Positions 10,371-20,699 of a stretch of 57,649 nt of DNA are shown piece after piece. Source of the DNA: Actinomycetes bacterium (GTDB lineage Bacteria; Actinomycetota; Actinomycetes; Streptosporangiales; Streptosporangiaceae); NCBI GenBank assembly GCA_021793235.1, contig JAJYTD010000024.1, positions 1-57,649 on the forward strand, in the 5' to 3' direction. The position numbers were made by a program, and so were the translations under genes. Below the pieces are notes generated by a model, which saw only the letters and a program-made list of their open reading frames with translations, was not told the origin of the DNA and searched no databases. Position 1 is the stretch's first letter. Each line of letters starts with the position of its first letter.

Positions 10371-10406
10371 GACTGTCCCGTGATGTTCATCACCCGGACA
10401 ACAGTC
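10371..10406. promoter_or_regulatory. Nested inverted repeat upstream of the ECF sigma gene (GACTGT...TGATG-TT-CATCA...ACAGTC)
   Basis: Seen: gactgtcccgtgatgttcatcacccggacaacagtc, about 70 bp upstream of the sigma factor start. Confidence 0.35.
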
Positions 10407-10474
10407 ATCATTCGGTGGTTTTCCGTGCGTCTTACGAGGTGGTAGCGATCGCCTGATCGTCCCAAGGGGGAAAT

Positions 10475-11071
10475 TTGACGACCATCGGACTGGAGCGTAC
10501 CGACGCGGCCGACGACAACGAACTGGACTTCGTGGCGGCTGTGACCCCGTACGCCAATCAGTTGTACCCCACCGCCTTGCGCATGACGCGCAACTCGGCT
10601 GATGCCGAAGACCTCGTGCAGGAGACGTTCGCGAAGGCGTTCGCCAACTTCCACCAGTTCCGTGCGGGTACGAACCTGCGGGCATGGCTGTACCGCATCT
10701 TGACCAACACCTTCATCAACGGCTACCGCAAGCAGCAGCGCGAGCCGCGCCAGGATTCCACGGACGAGATCAAGGACTGGCAGCTCGCCGCCGCCGACGC
10801 GCACGCCTCGACCGGTTCCCGCTCCGCCGAGTCGGAGGTCCTGGACCACCTGCCCAGCTCCGCGATCCGAACGGCGCTCGCCGAGCTGCCCGAGGAGTTC
10901 CGGATCGTGGTCTATCTGATCGACATCGAGGGCTACACCTACAAAGAGGTGGCCGCCCGCATGGACACCCCGCTGGGGACCGTGATGTCGCGACTGCACC
11001 GCGCCCGCCGCCAGCTGCGCGAGCGGCTCGCCGACTACGCCAAGGCCCGGGGTGTGCACGTAGCCTCCTGA
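10475..11071 (+). CDS. ECF-type RNA polymerase sigma-70 family factor (SigE-like)
   Basis: Region 2 ([41 protein letters not shown]) and region 4 ([29 protein letters not shown]) are present. TTG start. No cognate anti-sigma ORF was detected downstream. Confidence 0.85.
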   Translation: MTTIGLERTDAADDNELDFVAAVTPYANQLYPTALRMTRNSADAEDLVQETFAKAFANFHQFRAGTNLRAWLYRILTNTFINGYRKQQREPRQDSTDEIKDWQLAAADAHASTGSRSAESEVLDHLPSSAIRTALAELPEEFRIVVYLIDIEGYTYKEVAARMDTPLGTVMSRLHRARRQLRERLADYAKARGVHVAS

Positions 11072-11492
11072 GGCGCCCAGTAGCCCTCCTGCGCGGCGGC
11101 ACACCGATACGGGCGATCCCGAATCGCGTCCTCCTCTGCTCCACGCCTCTCATCAGTCAGTCACTCACGGTCACTGATCCTGCTCTCTTCGGACGGCCGT
11201 TCCCGCGTTCTCGCGCCTTCCGCCCCACAGGGCGGTGATCGGACGTCCGAATTTTTCTTCGGACAACCTTGATATTGCTAGGAAGCCCTGGTAGTTGCGC
11301 TTCTGTCCGGGTCGGGGATCATGTGGGCGGCAGCCGAAAAGGTGCCGCTGGGGCCTTGCGTCGCCCATGGTGAGTTCTGTCACGATGTCGGTAGGGACGC
11401 CCGACCACACCCGTTACCCCGGGTAAGCGGGCGGAGATCCGGCCGGCCAGCGGTACCCCGCGAAGTCGGCCACGAGACCCGAGGAGCGACAG

Positions 11493-12608
11493 GTGTCGAA
11501 CAACACCGCTCAGAAGCAACCGGAGCTCGTCCAGCTCCTGACCCCCGAAGGGGAGCTGCGGCGGCACCCCGATTACCCGATCGACATCAGCGCGGAGGAG
11601 ATGCGCGGGCTCTACCGCGACCTCGTGCTGGTGCGCCGGGTCGACACAGAAGCGGTGGCGCTGCAACGCCAGGGCGAACTCGGCCTGTGGGCCTCCCTGC
11701 TGGGGCAGGAGGCCGCGCAGATCGGCTCTGGACGCGCACTGCGTCCCGGGGACATGGCGTTCCCCTCTTATCGCGAGCACGGGGTGGCCTGGTGCCGCGG
11801 CATCCGACCCAGGCAACTGCTCAGCATGTTCCGCGGTGTCAGCAACGGCGGGTGGGACCCCCACGAGTACGGTTTCCACCTGTACAGCATCGTCATCGCC
11901 AGCCAGACCCTGCATGCCACCGGATACGCCATGGGAGTCCAGCGCGACGGCGCGCTCGGGGCGGACGGCACGGCTGTCATCTGCTACTTCGGTGACGGTG
12001 CCACCAGTCAAGGCGATACCAGCGAGGCGTTCAACTTCGCGGCCGTGAACAACGCACCCGTCGTGTTCTTCTGCCAGAACAACCAGTGGGCCATCTCCGA
12101 ACCGCCGGAGCGCCAAGCCCGCGTCCCGCTGTACCGGCGCGCCGCCGGGTTCGGCTTCCCCGGTGTGCGCATCGACGGCAACGACGTCCTCGCCTCCCTC
12201 GCCGTCACCCGGGCCGCGCTGCAGCACGCGCGCGAAGGCCAGGGCCCGATGCTGATCGAGGCGTTCACCTACCGCATGGGCGCACACACCACCAACGACG
12301 ACCCCTCGCGCTACCGCGTTTCGGCGGAGCTGGAGGAATGGCGGAGCAAGGACCCCATCGAGCGGGTGCGCACCCATCTCACCAACGAGGGCATCGCCGA
12401 CGACGCGTTCTTCGCCGAGGTCGACGCCGAGGCCGAAAGCATCGGCGAGCGCGTCCGCCGCGAATGCCGGGAGCTGCCCGACCCCGACCCGCTGGACATC
12501 TTCCACGAGGTCTATGCCGAACCCAACGGCCACATCGACCGCCAGCGCGCGGATTTCGCCGACTACCTGGCCTCCTTCGAGGACGCCGACGCGGAAGGGG
12601 TCCGGTAA
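11493..12608 (+). CDS. Branched-chain 2-oxoacid (or pyruvate) dehydrogenase E1 component alpha subunit
   Basis: TPP-binding motif context (YFGDGATSQGD...NNQWAISEP) and E1-alpha architecture. GTG start. Confidence 0.9.
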   Translation: MSNNTAQKQPELVQLLTPEGELRRHPDYPIDISAEEMRGLYRDLVLVRRVDTEAVALQRQGELGLWASLLGQEAAQIGSGRALRPGDMAFPSYREHGVAWCRGIRPRQLLSMFRGVSNGGWDPHEYGFHLYSIVIASQTLHATGYAMGVQRDGALGADGTAVICYFGDGATSQGDTSEAFNFAAVNNAPVVFFCQNNQWAISEPPERQARVPLYRRAAGFGFPGVRIDGNDVLASLAVTRAALQHAREGQGPMLIEAFTYRMGAHTTNDDPSRYRVSAELEEWRSKDPIERVRTHLTNEGIADDAFFAEVDAEAESIGERVRRECRELPDPDPLDIFHEVYAEPNGHIDRQRADFADYLASFEDADAEGVR

Positions 12609-12610
12609 CG

Positions 12611-13591
12611 ATGACGACGAACCTCACGATCGGCAAGGCGATCAACGCCGGCCTGCGCCGCGCCATGGAGTCCGACCCCAAGGTCCTGGTCATGGGCGAG
12701 GATGTCGGCAAGCTCGGCGGTGTGTTCCGGATCACCGACCAGTTGTACAAGGACTTCGGAGCCGACCGGGTCATCGATACGCCGCTCGCCGAGTCCGGCA
12801 TCATCGGCACCGCGATCGGGCTGGCCCTGCGCGGCTACCGCCCCGTGTGCGAGATCCAGTTCGACGGGTTCTTCTTCCCGGCCGCCAACCAGACGTTCAC
12901 CCAGCTCGCCAAAGTGCGGAGACGCTCCGCCGGCGCGGTCACCGTTCCCGTCGTGCTGCGCATCCCCTACGGCGGCGGCATCGGCGCGGTCGAGCACCAC
13001 AGCGAGTCCCCCGAAGCCTACTTCGCGCACACCGCAGGGCTGCGGGTCGTCACCGTCGCCAACGCCGTGGACGCCTACTGGATGATCCAGCAGGCCATCG
13101 CCTCCGACGACCCGGTGGTCTTCTTCGAGCCGAAGCGGCGCTACTACGACAAGGCCGACGTCGACACCACGGCCGACCTCGGCTCGGCCGCCCCCATGCA
13201 CACCGCACGCGTGGCGCGCCCGGGGCAGGACGCCACACTGCTGGCCTACGGCCCGATGGTCAAAACCGCGCTGCAGGCGGCGCAGGCCGACACCGAGCAC
13301 GACATCGAGGTGATCGACCTGAGGTCGCTCGCGCCGGTGGACTACGACACCATCACCGAATCGGTGCGGCGTACGGGGCGGCTGGTCATCGCGCACGAAG
13401 CCCCCGTCAGCCACGGGGTGGGCGCGGAGATCGCGGCCAGGGTCACCGAGTCGTGCTTCTACCACCTGGAAGCCCCGGTCATCCGGGTCGGTGCATTCGA
13501 CACCCCCTACCCCCAATCGCGGTTGGAGGAGCACTACCTGCCCGACCTCGACCGCGTCCTCGACGGCGTCGACCGCGCGTTCACGTTCTAA
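12611..13591 (+). CDS. 2-oxoacid dehydrogenase E1 component beta subunit
   Basis: MTTNLTIGKAINAGLRRAMESDPKVLVMGEDVGKLGGVFRITDQL... is the transketolase-like beta subunit. It starts 3 nt after the E1-alpha stop. The track's long N-terminal extension was rejected. Confidence 0.9.
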   Translation: MTTNLTIGKAINAGLRRAMESDPKVLVMGEDVGKLGGVFRITDQLYKDFGADRVIDTPLAESGIIGTAIGLALRGYRPVCEIQFDGFFFPAANQTFTQLAKVRRRSAGAVTVPVVLRIPYGGGIGAVEHHSESPEAYFAHTAGLRVVTVANAVDAYWMIQQAIASDDPVVFFEPKRRYYDKADVDTTADLGSAAPMHTARVARPGQDATLLAYGPMVKTALQAAQADTEHDIEVIDLRSLAPVDYDTITESVRRTGRLVIAHEAPVSHGVGAEIAARVTESCFYHLEAPVIRVGAFDTPYPQSRLEEHYLPDLDRVLDGVDRAFTF

Positions 13592-13606
13592 AGGAGCCGG
13601 ATACAC

Positions 13607-15025
13607 ATGGACAAGCGTGGTGTACAGGAGTTCCGGCTGCCCGATGTGGGCGAGGGGCTCGTCGACGCCGAGATCCTGCAGTGGTATGTGCGGCCCGGTG
13701 ATGCGGTCGAGGTCAACCAGATGATCTGTGAGATCGAGACCGCCAAGGCCGCTGTGGAACTGCCCAGCCCCTACGCCGGGACGGTGCACGAGCTGCTGGT
13801 GGAGGCCGGAAGCACCGTCGATGTCGGCACCCCGATCATCACCGTGGACGTCGGCGGTGGCGGGGAGGCCGCCCCTGCCGCGCAGGCGCGGCAGGAGACA
13901 GAGGAGCGGGAGAAGCCGCTGGTCGGCTATGGCGAGAAGGCCGCGGCCACGCGGCGTCGACCCCGCAGGCGCCGCGTGCCGGATGCGGCCCCGTCGGGTC
14001 GGCGACCGGCCGGACCGGCCGCGACCGGGCCCACCGCCCCGGCAGACCCCGCACCGGAGTACCGGGCGGCGCGGCCGGGACCGGCCGCGCCCAACGGAGG
14101 AACGCGGGCCGTGCTCGCCAAGCCGCCGGTGCGCAAACTCGCCAAGGACCTCGGTGTCGACCTCCACGAGGTCACCCCGACCGGCTCCGGCGGGGTGGTG
14201 ACCCGCGACGACGTGCGGCGCTACGCCACAGCCGCGGCCCCCTCCGAGCCTGCCCGGCCCCAGGCCGCCCCGGCGGACGAGCCGGCCGGGACCCCGGCGT
14301 CGGCGAACGGAGGGGCCGCCCTCCGCGAGGAGCGCATCCCGGTCAAGGGCGTGCGCAAGCACACGGCGGCGGCGATGGTGAACAGCGCGTTCACCGCCCC
14401 GCATGTGACCGAGTTCCTGCAGGTCGACGTCACCAAGACGATGGAGGCCGTGCGCAAGCTGCGCGACCGCCCCGAGTTCTCGGAAACCAAGGTCTCCCCG
14501 CTGCTGCTGGTGGCTCGGGCCCTGCTCACCGCTGTACGCCGGAACCCGCAGATCAATGCCTCGTGGGACGAGGCGGCCCAGGAGATCGTGGTCAAGCGCT
14601 ACGTGAACCTGGGGATCGCGGCGGCGACCGAGCGCGGCCTGGTGGTGCCCAACATCAAGGACGCCGACACCAAGCCGCTCCCGGAACTCGCCCGCGGCAT
14701 CCAGGCACTCACCGAAACCGCCCGCGCGGGCCGGACCGCACCGGAGGACATGAGCGGCGGCACCATCACGATCACCAACGTCGGCGTGTTCGGGGTCGAC
14801 GCGGGAACGCCCATCATCAACCCGGGCGAGGCCGCGATCCTGGCTTTCGGCCAGATCCGCGACCTGCCCTGGGTCCACGAGGGGGCCCTGGCCGTGCGCA
14901 AGGTCACGACGCTGTCGATCTCCTTCGACCACCGGCTCGTCGACGGAGAACTCGGCTCCAAGGTCCTTTGCGACGTCGGCACCATGCTGGAGGACCCCGA
15001 GGCCATCGCCCTCGCCTGGGGCTGA
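13607..15025 (+). CDS. Dihydrolipoamide acyltransferase E2 component (lipoyl domain + E3-binding + catalytic domain)
   Basis: Lipoyl-lysine motif (EIETAKAAVELPSP), P/A linker, catalytic DHRLVDG motif. Confidence 0.9.
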   Translation: MDKRGVQEFRLPDVGEGLVDAEILQWYVRPGDAVEVNQMICEIETAKAAVELPSPYAGTVHELLVEAGSTVDVGTPIITVDVGGGGEAAPAAQARQETEEREKPLVGYGEKAAATRRRPRRRRVPDAAPSGRRPAGPAATGPTAPADPAPEYRAARPGPAAPNGGTRAVLAKPPVRKLAKDLGVDLHEVTPTGSGGVVTRDDVRRYATAAAPSEPARPQAAPADEPAGTPASANGGAALREERIPVKGVRKHTAAAMVNSAFTAPHVTEFLQVDVTKTMEAVRKLRDRPEFSETKVSPLLLVARALLTAVRRNPQINASWDEAAQEIVVKRYVNLGIAAATERGLVVPNIKDADTKPLPELARGIQALTETARAGRTAPEDMSGGTITITNVGVFGVDAGTPIINPGEAAILAFGQIRDLPWVHEGALAVRKVTTLSISFDHRLVDGELGSKVLCDVGTMLEDPEAIALAWG

Positions 15026-15042
15026 CCCCGGCTCTTCCTGAT

Positions 15043-15082
15043 ACCGAAGCCGCCCCGGGACCCCTCGGGGCGGCTTCGGCTG
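15043..15082 (+). terminator. 14-bp GC hairpin after the E2 gene
   Basis: CCGAAGCCGCCCCG-ggacccct-CGGGGCGGCTTCGG seen 18 nt after the stop. Confidence 0.5.
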
Positions 15083-15223
15083 CGCGGGGGCGTCGGTGTG
15101 AAGCTGCGGTGCGCATCCCGCGCCGTGTCCGTTCCCGGCCGTTTTGATGGGCCGCGAAACCATTCTCCGGTCTGCTGCGTCTGATCTTTCGAGATCGTCA
15201 CGCGAATGATCGGAGATCCCCCA

Positions 15224-16843
15224 ATGGTGGCGTGGAGAAGACCTCTCGCCGCGATCAGCCTGCTCGCGACCGGTGGACTGCTGCTCAGCGGTTGCGGGGT
15301 CGTCAACAACCTCACGGGCGACAGCGAGAAGCCCGCGGAGTCTTCCTCCCCGGGGGAAGCGGAGAAGGCCGAGGAGGCGGTCGAGGCGGACTTCCCCTAT
15401 GTCCGCGAGGGCCGCATGTTCCTGGACACCGGGCAGGACGTCAGGACTGAACTCGCGATCACCGGACTCGAACGCACACCCGACTACACAGTGCTGTACT
15501 ACGAGCAGACCTACCTCGACCAGCTCACGGGCCTGAACACATGGCTGTCCACACCGCCCACGCTCATCGACCCGGTCAGCGGGCAGGTGTTCCAGGAGTA
15601 CACCGATGACGAGGGCTATGCGATCTATGGCTCCTACGGTTCCCTGGAGAACGAGTACTTCCCCGTGTGGGAGGGCGTCACCAACAAGTATCGGACCTAC
15701 TTCCCCCGGCTCCCCAAGGGGGTCAAGCAGGTGACCTTCGTCGGGCACGGCATGGGCGCCATGACCGGCATCCCGGTCCAGGACGTGAAAGAGGAGCAGC
15801 CCTTCCCCGAACCGAACGGCGCCCAGTACGAGAACACCCAGCCGCCCGAAGACGAAGCGCTCACTTTCGAAGTGCGCCCGCCGGACGGCCAGGCCGTCGA
15901 GAACAAGGCGGACCTGGAAAGCTTCGTCGACTCCGATATCGCCTCCACTACACGCGACGGCGACGAGGAGACCGTCTCGCTGCACTCCGATGTCATGTTC
16001 GAGTTCGACGAGTCGGAGCTGACCGGTGACGCCGAGGACGTCGTGAAACAGGCGGCGACGACCCTGACCCGCAACGTCGACCCGGAGAACCCCGAGATCA
16101 CCGTCATCGGCCACACCGACGGCAAGGGCAGCGACGACTACAACAAGAAGCTGTCCAAGGAACGCGCGGAGACCGTGCGGGACCTGCTGAAAGACGAGGT
16201 CGGCGACGAGTTCTCCTTCGAGGTCGAGGCGCGCGGCAGCAAGGATCCCGTGGCCGATGAAGGCGGATCCGACGACGAGGAGGCGCGGGCCCGCAACCGC
16301 CGGGTCGAGTTCTCCTACCAGATCGATCCGGACTCCGCGGCCGAAGGCAGCGGCGAGGACGGGGACGGCAGCGCGTTGGACGCGGCCGAACGCAACGTCG
16401 CCGCACCCGCGCCCTTCGCCGCCGACGACGGCGAGGTCGTCGCCAGCACCACTAAGGACGACGTCAAGCTGGACGTGCACCCGCTGCGCCGCGACGGCGG
16501 CTACGTCATCGGGACGGTGTCGCTGACCAACACCTCCGACGAACCGATCCAGCCCGACATGGGCGGCGAGGACTCGCTGCAGCCGGGCGGGCCGGCGCAG
16601 TTCAGCGAGGGCGCGCTCGGCGGCTTCCAACTGCTCGACCCCGGCTCCGACCTGGTGCGCTACGTCGCGCAGATGAAGTTCAGTGACGACGAGTACATGG
16701 CTTTTGCCGAAGAGGTGCACGAGCTGCAGCCGGGAGAGGCCTACCGCAACATAGCGGTGTTCCCGGCCCCTCCGTCCGACGCCACCGAGATGACACTGCG
16801 CGCCGGGCCTTTCGGCGAACTCGAGAACGTTCCGATCCAGTAA
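15224..16843 (+). CDS. OmpA/MotB-family lipoprotein
   Basis: Lipobox LLLSGCG after a signal peptide. C-terminal OmpA_C domain (ITVIGHTDGKGSDDYNKKLSKERAETV...NRRVEF). Confidence 0.75.
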   Translation: MVAWRRPLAAISLLATGGLLLSGCGVVNNLTGDSEKPAESSSPGEAEKAEEAVEADFPYVREGRMFLDTGQDVRTELAITGLERTPDYTVLYYEQTYLDQLTGLNTWLSTPPTLIDPVSGQVFQEYTDDEGYAIYGSYGSLENEYFPVWEGVTNKYRTYFPRLPKGVKQVTFVGHGMGAMTGIPVQDVKEEQPFPEPNGAQYENTQPPEDEALTFEVRPPDGQAVENKADLESFVDSDIASTTRDGDEETVSLHSDVMFEFDESELTGDAEDVVKQAATTLTRNVDPENPEITVIGHTDGKGSDDYNKKLSKERAETVRDLLKDEVGDEFSFEVEARGSKDPVADEGGSDDEEARARNRRVEFSYQIDPDSAAEGSGEDGDGSALDAAERNVAAPAPFAADDGEVVASTTKDDVKLDVHPLRRDGGYVIGTVSLTNTSDEPIQPDMGGEDSLQPGGPAQFSEGALGGFQLLDPGSDLVRYVAQMKFSDDEYMAFAEEVHELQPGEAYRNIAVFPAPPSDATEMTLRAGPFGELENVPIQ

Positions 16844-16864
16844 GGGGCGGGATCGGAGCCGGCG

Positions 16865-16899
16865 GGCGGCCCCATTGTGGCGGAGGGCCGCCCGCTTTG
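16865..16899 (+). terminator. Hairpin GGGCGGCCC/GGGCCGCCC followed by GCTTTGC
   Basis: Seen directly downstream of the OmpA-family gene. Confidence 0.4.
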
Positions 16900-17351
16900 C
16901 TATGCCCGTGGTCGGCAGTCGGGGCAGGGACGGTCTCAAGTGGCTCTCTTGGATATGTCCGCCCGATTGCGAACGCAGCGGAACCCTGGGCTGGATTTGG
17001 ATCCACTGCCCGGGCAGCCCCTGGCCTTCCTTGTCCTCAGCAACTATGGAAACAGAGCTGCCGCGGAAACCTGCGAGCCGGCGTACGGGGGAAGAATCAG
17101 ACCGCGTGGTATGTTGCGGGGCTAAATACCAGGGTAATTTGGCTCTGTTCGAGCGCGTTGTCCTTAGCTGCCTTAAGCCAATGTCTCATCCGTGGAGCGG
17201 CCTGCAAAGGAAAATGGAGAACAGTGTCGACCGAGGAGCAGCAGATGGATCTACTGGCTGCTGGTGGTGTGGGTGGCTTGCAAAGCCTGCGCAGCGGCAT
17301 ACTATTTTTTGGCCGGTGAACCTACTGCTTCTCGCGGTACCCCCCGCGTCG

Positions 17352-17840
17352 TCACCGCGTGTTGAGCCGTTCGGCCTCCAAAATGACCTCGGCGCTGTCT
17401 TCGTCAGGAAAGGTGATCAGCGCCCTACGTGCCACGGAGTCCTCCTGGAGATTCGATCCTGTACACGTGGTGTAGCCGTCCACGGTGTCCTCCGGGAAGT
17501 CCTGGGTGATCCACTTGGGGTCTTCGGGCGGGTCAGGACTCCGGTAGGCCGAGAAGTTCTCGCCTAGTTCGCAGAACATCTCCGCTCCCTGAGGAGATGT
17601 GGAGAAAGTGGCGATGTAGACCAGCCCGCCGGTTTCGTTGCGGGAGCGTTCGATGTTGAGATTTTCGAGGTCGTCGGGGAGCGATAGCGCGGTGAACTCG
17701 ACGAGCTCCTCAGCGGTCGGCTCCCCGGAAGGCATCGGCTCGGGTTCGGGGTACTCATCTCCTGTGCCCGAGCACGAGGCCAAGATAGCGGGTGCTGCTG
17801 CGGCCATGGCGGCTGCCGTGAAAACCGATATCTTTTCCAT
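17352..17840 (-). CDS. Hypothetical lipoprotein (low-GC island)
   Basis: MEKISVFTAAAMAAAAPAILASCSG: signal peptide + lipobox. Acidic body. Lower GC than the surroundings. Confidence 0.5.
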   Translation of the reverse strand: MEKISVFTAAAMAAAAPAILASCSGTGDEYPEPEPMPSGEPTAEELVEFTALSLPDDLENLNIERSRNETGGLVYIATFSTSPQGAEMFCELGENFSAYRSPDPPEDPKWITQDFPEDTVDGYTTCTGSNLQEDSVARRALITFPDEDSAEVILEAERLNTR

Positions 17841-18388
17841 TCCCGGGAAATTTCTGTAGAGGGATGTTAGACGGGGTGGTCTGCGCTTCAATCGGCGGCG
17901 TGGGAGCCCCGTCTAGCATATGGGATGCTCCCGAATATACTGAATTCTTGAGCAGGACACCACCGCGGTCGGAGCCCTGGATATGGCGAAGCATGTCTCG
18001 TTCCATAGTGGGGCGAGGGGGGATTGGTTAGGAAGCTACACGCCATAGTCCAGGCGATCTTGGGCTCCAGGGACCAAGTTAGGGAATCCCGGGCCCGAAC
18101 ACGAGAGGGTGTGCCCGGCTGCGAAGTGTTCTCCGGCCGGATCCGGCGGCCGTCCAGGCGGGAAGAAAAGAAAAATGGGAGGAATTGTACATCACCGATT
18201 CCGGAAGCACTATCTTCCCGGAAGTAATGTATGTAACGGCGGTGGTGTCCTCGACCGTTCGGAAATCCGCCTCGGAGCGGCCGACGCATGGCGATCGGTA
18301 CCGCTCGGCCGACCCGGTGCCACAGGTGGTAGCCCGGAAGCGGGGCCGGACACTGCCTCGGGCCGGTGTCGCCAGGGTGATGTGGCCC

Positions 18389-18760
18389 TTAGGCGGCGTT
18401 GAGTGCTGCGGCGTGGTGCCGACCGCGCTCGAAGGTGCGGCGGCGGGGGAACGGGTTCAGCAGTGCGGCGGCGCCTGCGGGGTCGTTCGCCGGGTGGGTC
18501 ACAGTGGAGCCGAAGAGGTCGTTCCAGATGAACTTGCCGTCGCGGCACCAGACGTTGATGTCCCGCATCACCGAGATGACGGCGAGGTCGGTGTTGCCTG
18601 CTCGGTACATGGGGCGGGCGGCGATAGCCACTAGTTCGACCCAGAGGGCAGTGATCGCTCGCTCAGCGCAGAAGGCGTGTCGCGGTTTGTGCTTGACCCG
18701 CTTGGCCAGTGCCGACTTCACACGGTTGGCCCTGGGATTGTTCAACCGCCAGTGACTCAA
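18389..18760 (-). pseudogene. Unclassified ORF fragment in the low-GC island; possible decayed gene (frame continues in the 18663-18863 ORF)
   Basis: A 123-aa ORF and an overlapping upstream 66-aa ORF in a different frame suggest a frameshifted remnant. I could not assign a family. Confidence 0.2.
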
Positions 18761-18950
18761 AGTGACGTCTCCTGAATTGGTCGGATACCGCGGTGGGGGT
18801 GCCGCTCATCGGATGCGGCCACACGTGCGCGGCCAAACCATAGGCGCATGACTTGTACTTCATGACCTGTGATCTATGCGAAGTTGATCGGTAGCGGATC
18901 GCGTCGTTACCTCTCGGTTATTCTTCGCGCTCCGGATATTAGCAGGAACC

Positions 18951-18974
18951 GACCCCTAGGGGTCGACCCCTATA
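18951..18974. repeat. Perfect 14-bp palindrome GACCCCTAGGGGTC followed by a GACCCCTATA half-copy; a larger CCCCTAT/ATAGGGG inverted repeat follows
   Basis: Seen: gacccctaggggtcgacccctataaatgtggtccatgccacactccaatagggg. Confidence 0.6.
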
Positions 18975-19368
18975 AATGTGGTCCATGCCACACTCCAATA
19001 GGGGTGGATTGCCTGGATGTTGCCTGGATTCAACGGGTCAGGGCCAACATGTGCGGGTGGTGGGCCGGGGGCGCCCTCCGGCGGACCGCACCGCAGAGCC
19101 CCTGGCCGAAGCGCCAGAGGTGAGGCGGTTCCGTACCGGGGAGCACCGCCGGTGGTGGGGCGCCGCAGTGGTGGGCCACGACCTCTGCGCACAGGGAATG
19201 GGTGGATTATCCCGGAGTGGGATGTTCAGTGTGCTTTGTCCCTGGTTACCATGGGCACATCATGCCACAACCGTCCGCGACCGATCGCGCCTCCAGCAAG
19301 AGCACCGCCCTCAACCGCCACCGCACCGGCGGCGGTTTGCCCCTGGACTCAGCGGCAGGCCCGATCAG

Positions 19369-20667
19369 GGTGCACCGTTGAGCGGCGGCGCGGCGGCACA
19401 GGGGCCAGTACGCGCGGATTCATCCGGTGACCGGATTGATTCCCTGGCAGTTCAGCCGCCGGGAGGCGCCCGGGCCTGGCTCATCTGGGGAACCGCCGTC
19501 GCCGTCTACTTCCTGGCGATGTTCCATCGCAACGGTCTCGGTGTGGCCGCCCTTGAGGCACAGCAGCGCTTCCACGTGGGCCCGGCGCTGCTGTCCCTGC
19601 TGCCCATGCTGCAACTGCTGGTCTATGTGGTGCTCCAGGTACCGACCGGGCTGATGGCCGACCGCATCGGCCCGCGCCGGTCGCTGCTCATGGGACTGGC
19701 CGCGATGACGGGGGGCACGGTGCTGTTCGCCCTGGCCCCGAACATCCAGACGGCGGTCGCCGGCCGGGTGCTCATCGGCCTCGGCGACGCGGTGACATTT
19801 CTGAACGTGATCCGGCTGGGGGCCCTGTGGTTCCCCCGTTCGCGCTATGCCCTCATCAGCGCCCTCACCGGGGTCATGGGCGGGCTCGGGCAGATCGCGA
19901 GCGTGGCCCCTCTGGCTGCGGCGCTGCACGGCCTGGGCTGGACCGCGGCCTTCCTCGGCTCCGCAGGGGTGACCGCGGCCATGGCCCTGCTGGCGCTGCT
20001 GGTGATCCGGGACCGGCCCGCAGGAGCACGCGACAGGCACCCGCACGTGCCCATCACACTGTGGGCGAGCCTCACAGAGGCGCTGAAGGCGCGCGGCCCC
20101 CGAGCCGGTATGGCCAACCACGCTGCCGTCATGGCGCCCTACACGGTGATCGCGGTGCTATGGGGCTACCCCTTCCTGGTGGAGGGGCTGGGGATGACAT
20201 CTGCGACCGCCGGGCTGGTGCTGACGGGTCTCGGCGCGGGCACCTTGTGGCTCTCCCCGGTTCTCGGCGCCATCGTCGGCAGGCGGCCGAGTATCCGCCG
20301 CCCGTTCGCGGTGGTCTGTACGCTACTGCTCAGCCTGAGCTGGGTGCTCCTCGTCTGCTGGCCCGGAGGCCTGCCGCCCGTGCCGGTGGCCATCGGGGTG
20401 CTGGCGGTGAGCGCGGCCGGTACGGTGTTCGCGCCGGCGCTGTCCTTCGACTTCGCCCGGGACGGAATACCGGTCGCCCGGACCGGCGTGGCCTCGGGCC
20501 TGGTGAACATGAGCGGATTCACCGCCGCCGTCATCGGGATCGTGGGCGCGGGGGTGATCCTGCAGGTCGGCGGCGGCTTTCAGGCGGCCTTCCTGCCCGT
20601 GGCCGCGACCACGGTGCTCGCCACGGCGGCGCTCCTCGTGCAACTGCGGCACTATCCGCGGGGCTGA
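19369..20667 (+). CDS. MFS transporter
   Basis: 12-TM-like hydrophobic periodicity. The MFS signature region reads GLMADRIGPRRSLLMG. The start is uncertain: TTG 19369 or earlier. The track's long N-terminal extension is implausible. Confidence 0.7.
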   Translation, partial: GAPLSGGAAAQGPVRADSSGDRIDSLAVQPPGGARAWLIWGTAVAVYFLAMFHRNGLGVAALEAQQRFHVGPALLSLLPMLQLLVYVVLQVPTGLMADRIGPRRSLLMGLAAMTGGTVLFALAPNIQTAVAGRVLIGLGDAVTFLNVIRLGALWFPRSRYALISALTGVMGGLGQIASVAPLAAALHGLGWTAAFLGSAGVTAAMALLALLVIRDRPAGARDRHPHVPITLWASLTEALKARGPRAGMANHAAVMAPYTVIAVLWGYPFLVEGLGMTSATAGLVLTGLGAGTLWLSPVLGAIVGRRPSIRRPFAVVCTLLLSLSWVLLVCWPGGLPPVPVAIGVLAVSAAGTVFAPALSFDFARDGIPVARTGVASGLVNMSGFTAAVIGIVGAGVILQVGGGFQAAFLPVAATTVLATAALLVQLRHYPRG

Positions 20668-20699
20668 ACGCCCGGCCGCCACCGGTCCCGGAGGGGCGG

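Noticed and set aside
11171-11410. 79-aa minus-strand ORF in the sigma-factor/bkd intergenic region
   Set aside because: No motif, odd composition, and it overlaps repeat-rich non-coding DNA. The region is kept as non-coding but flagged for a possible small anti-sigma ORF or sRNA.
12563-16939. 1458-aa ORF on the minus strand
   Set aside because: It is entirely antisense to the well-supported E1beta/E2/OmpA genes. Its Arg/Gly/Ala/Pro-rich composition is typical of the open antisense frame in high-GC DNA, and it has no recognisable domains.
18976-19368. N-terminal 130-aa extension of the MFS transporter ORF
   Set aside because: The extension is hydrophilic and low-complexity and precedes the first TM helix. 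The true start is more likely TTG 19369 or nearby.
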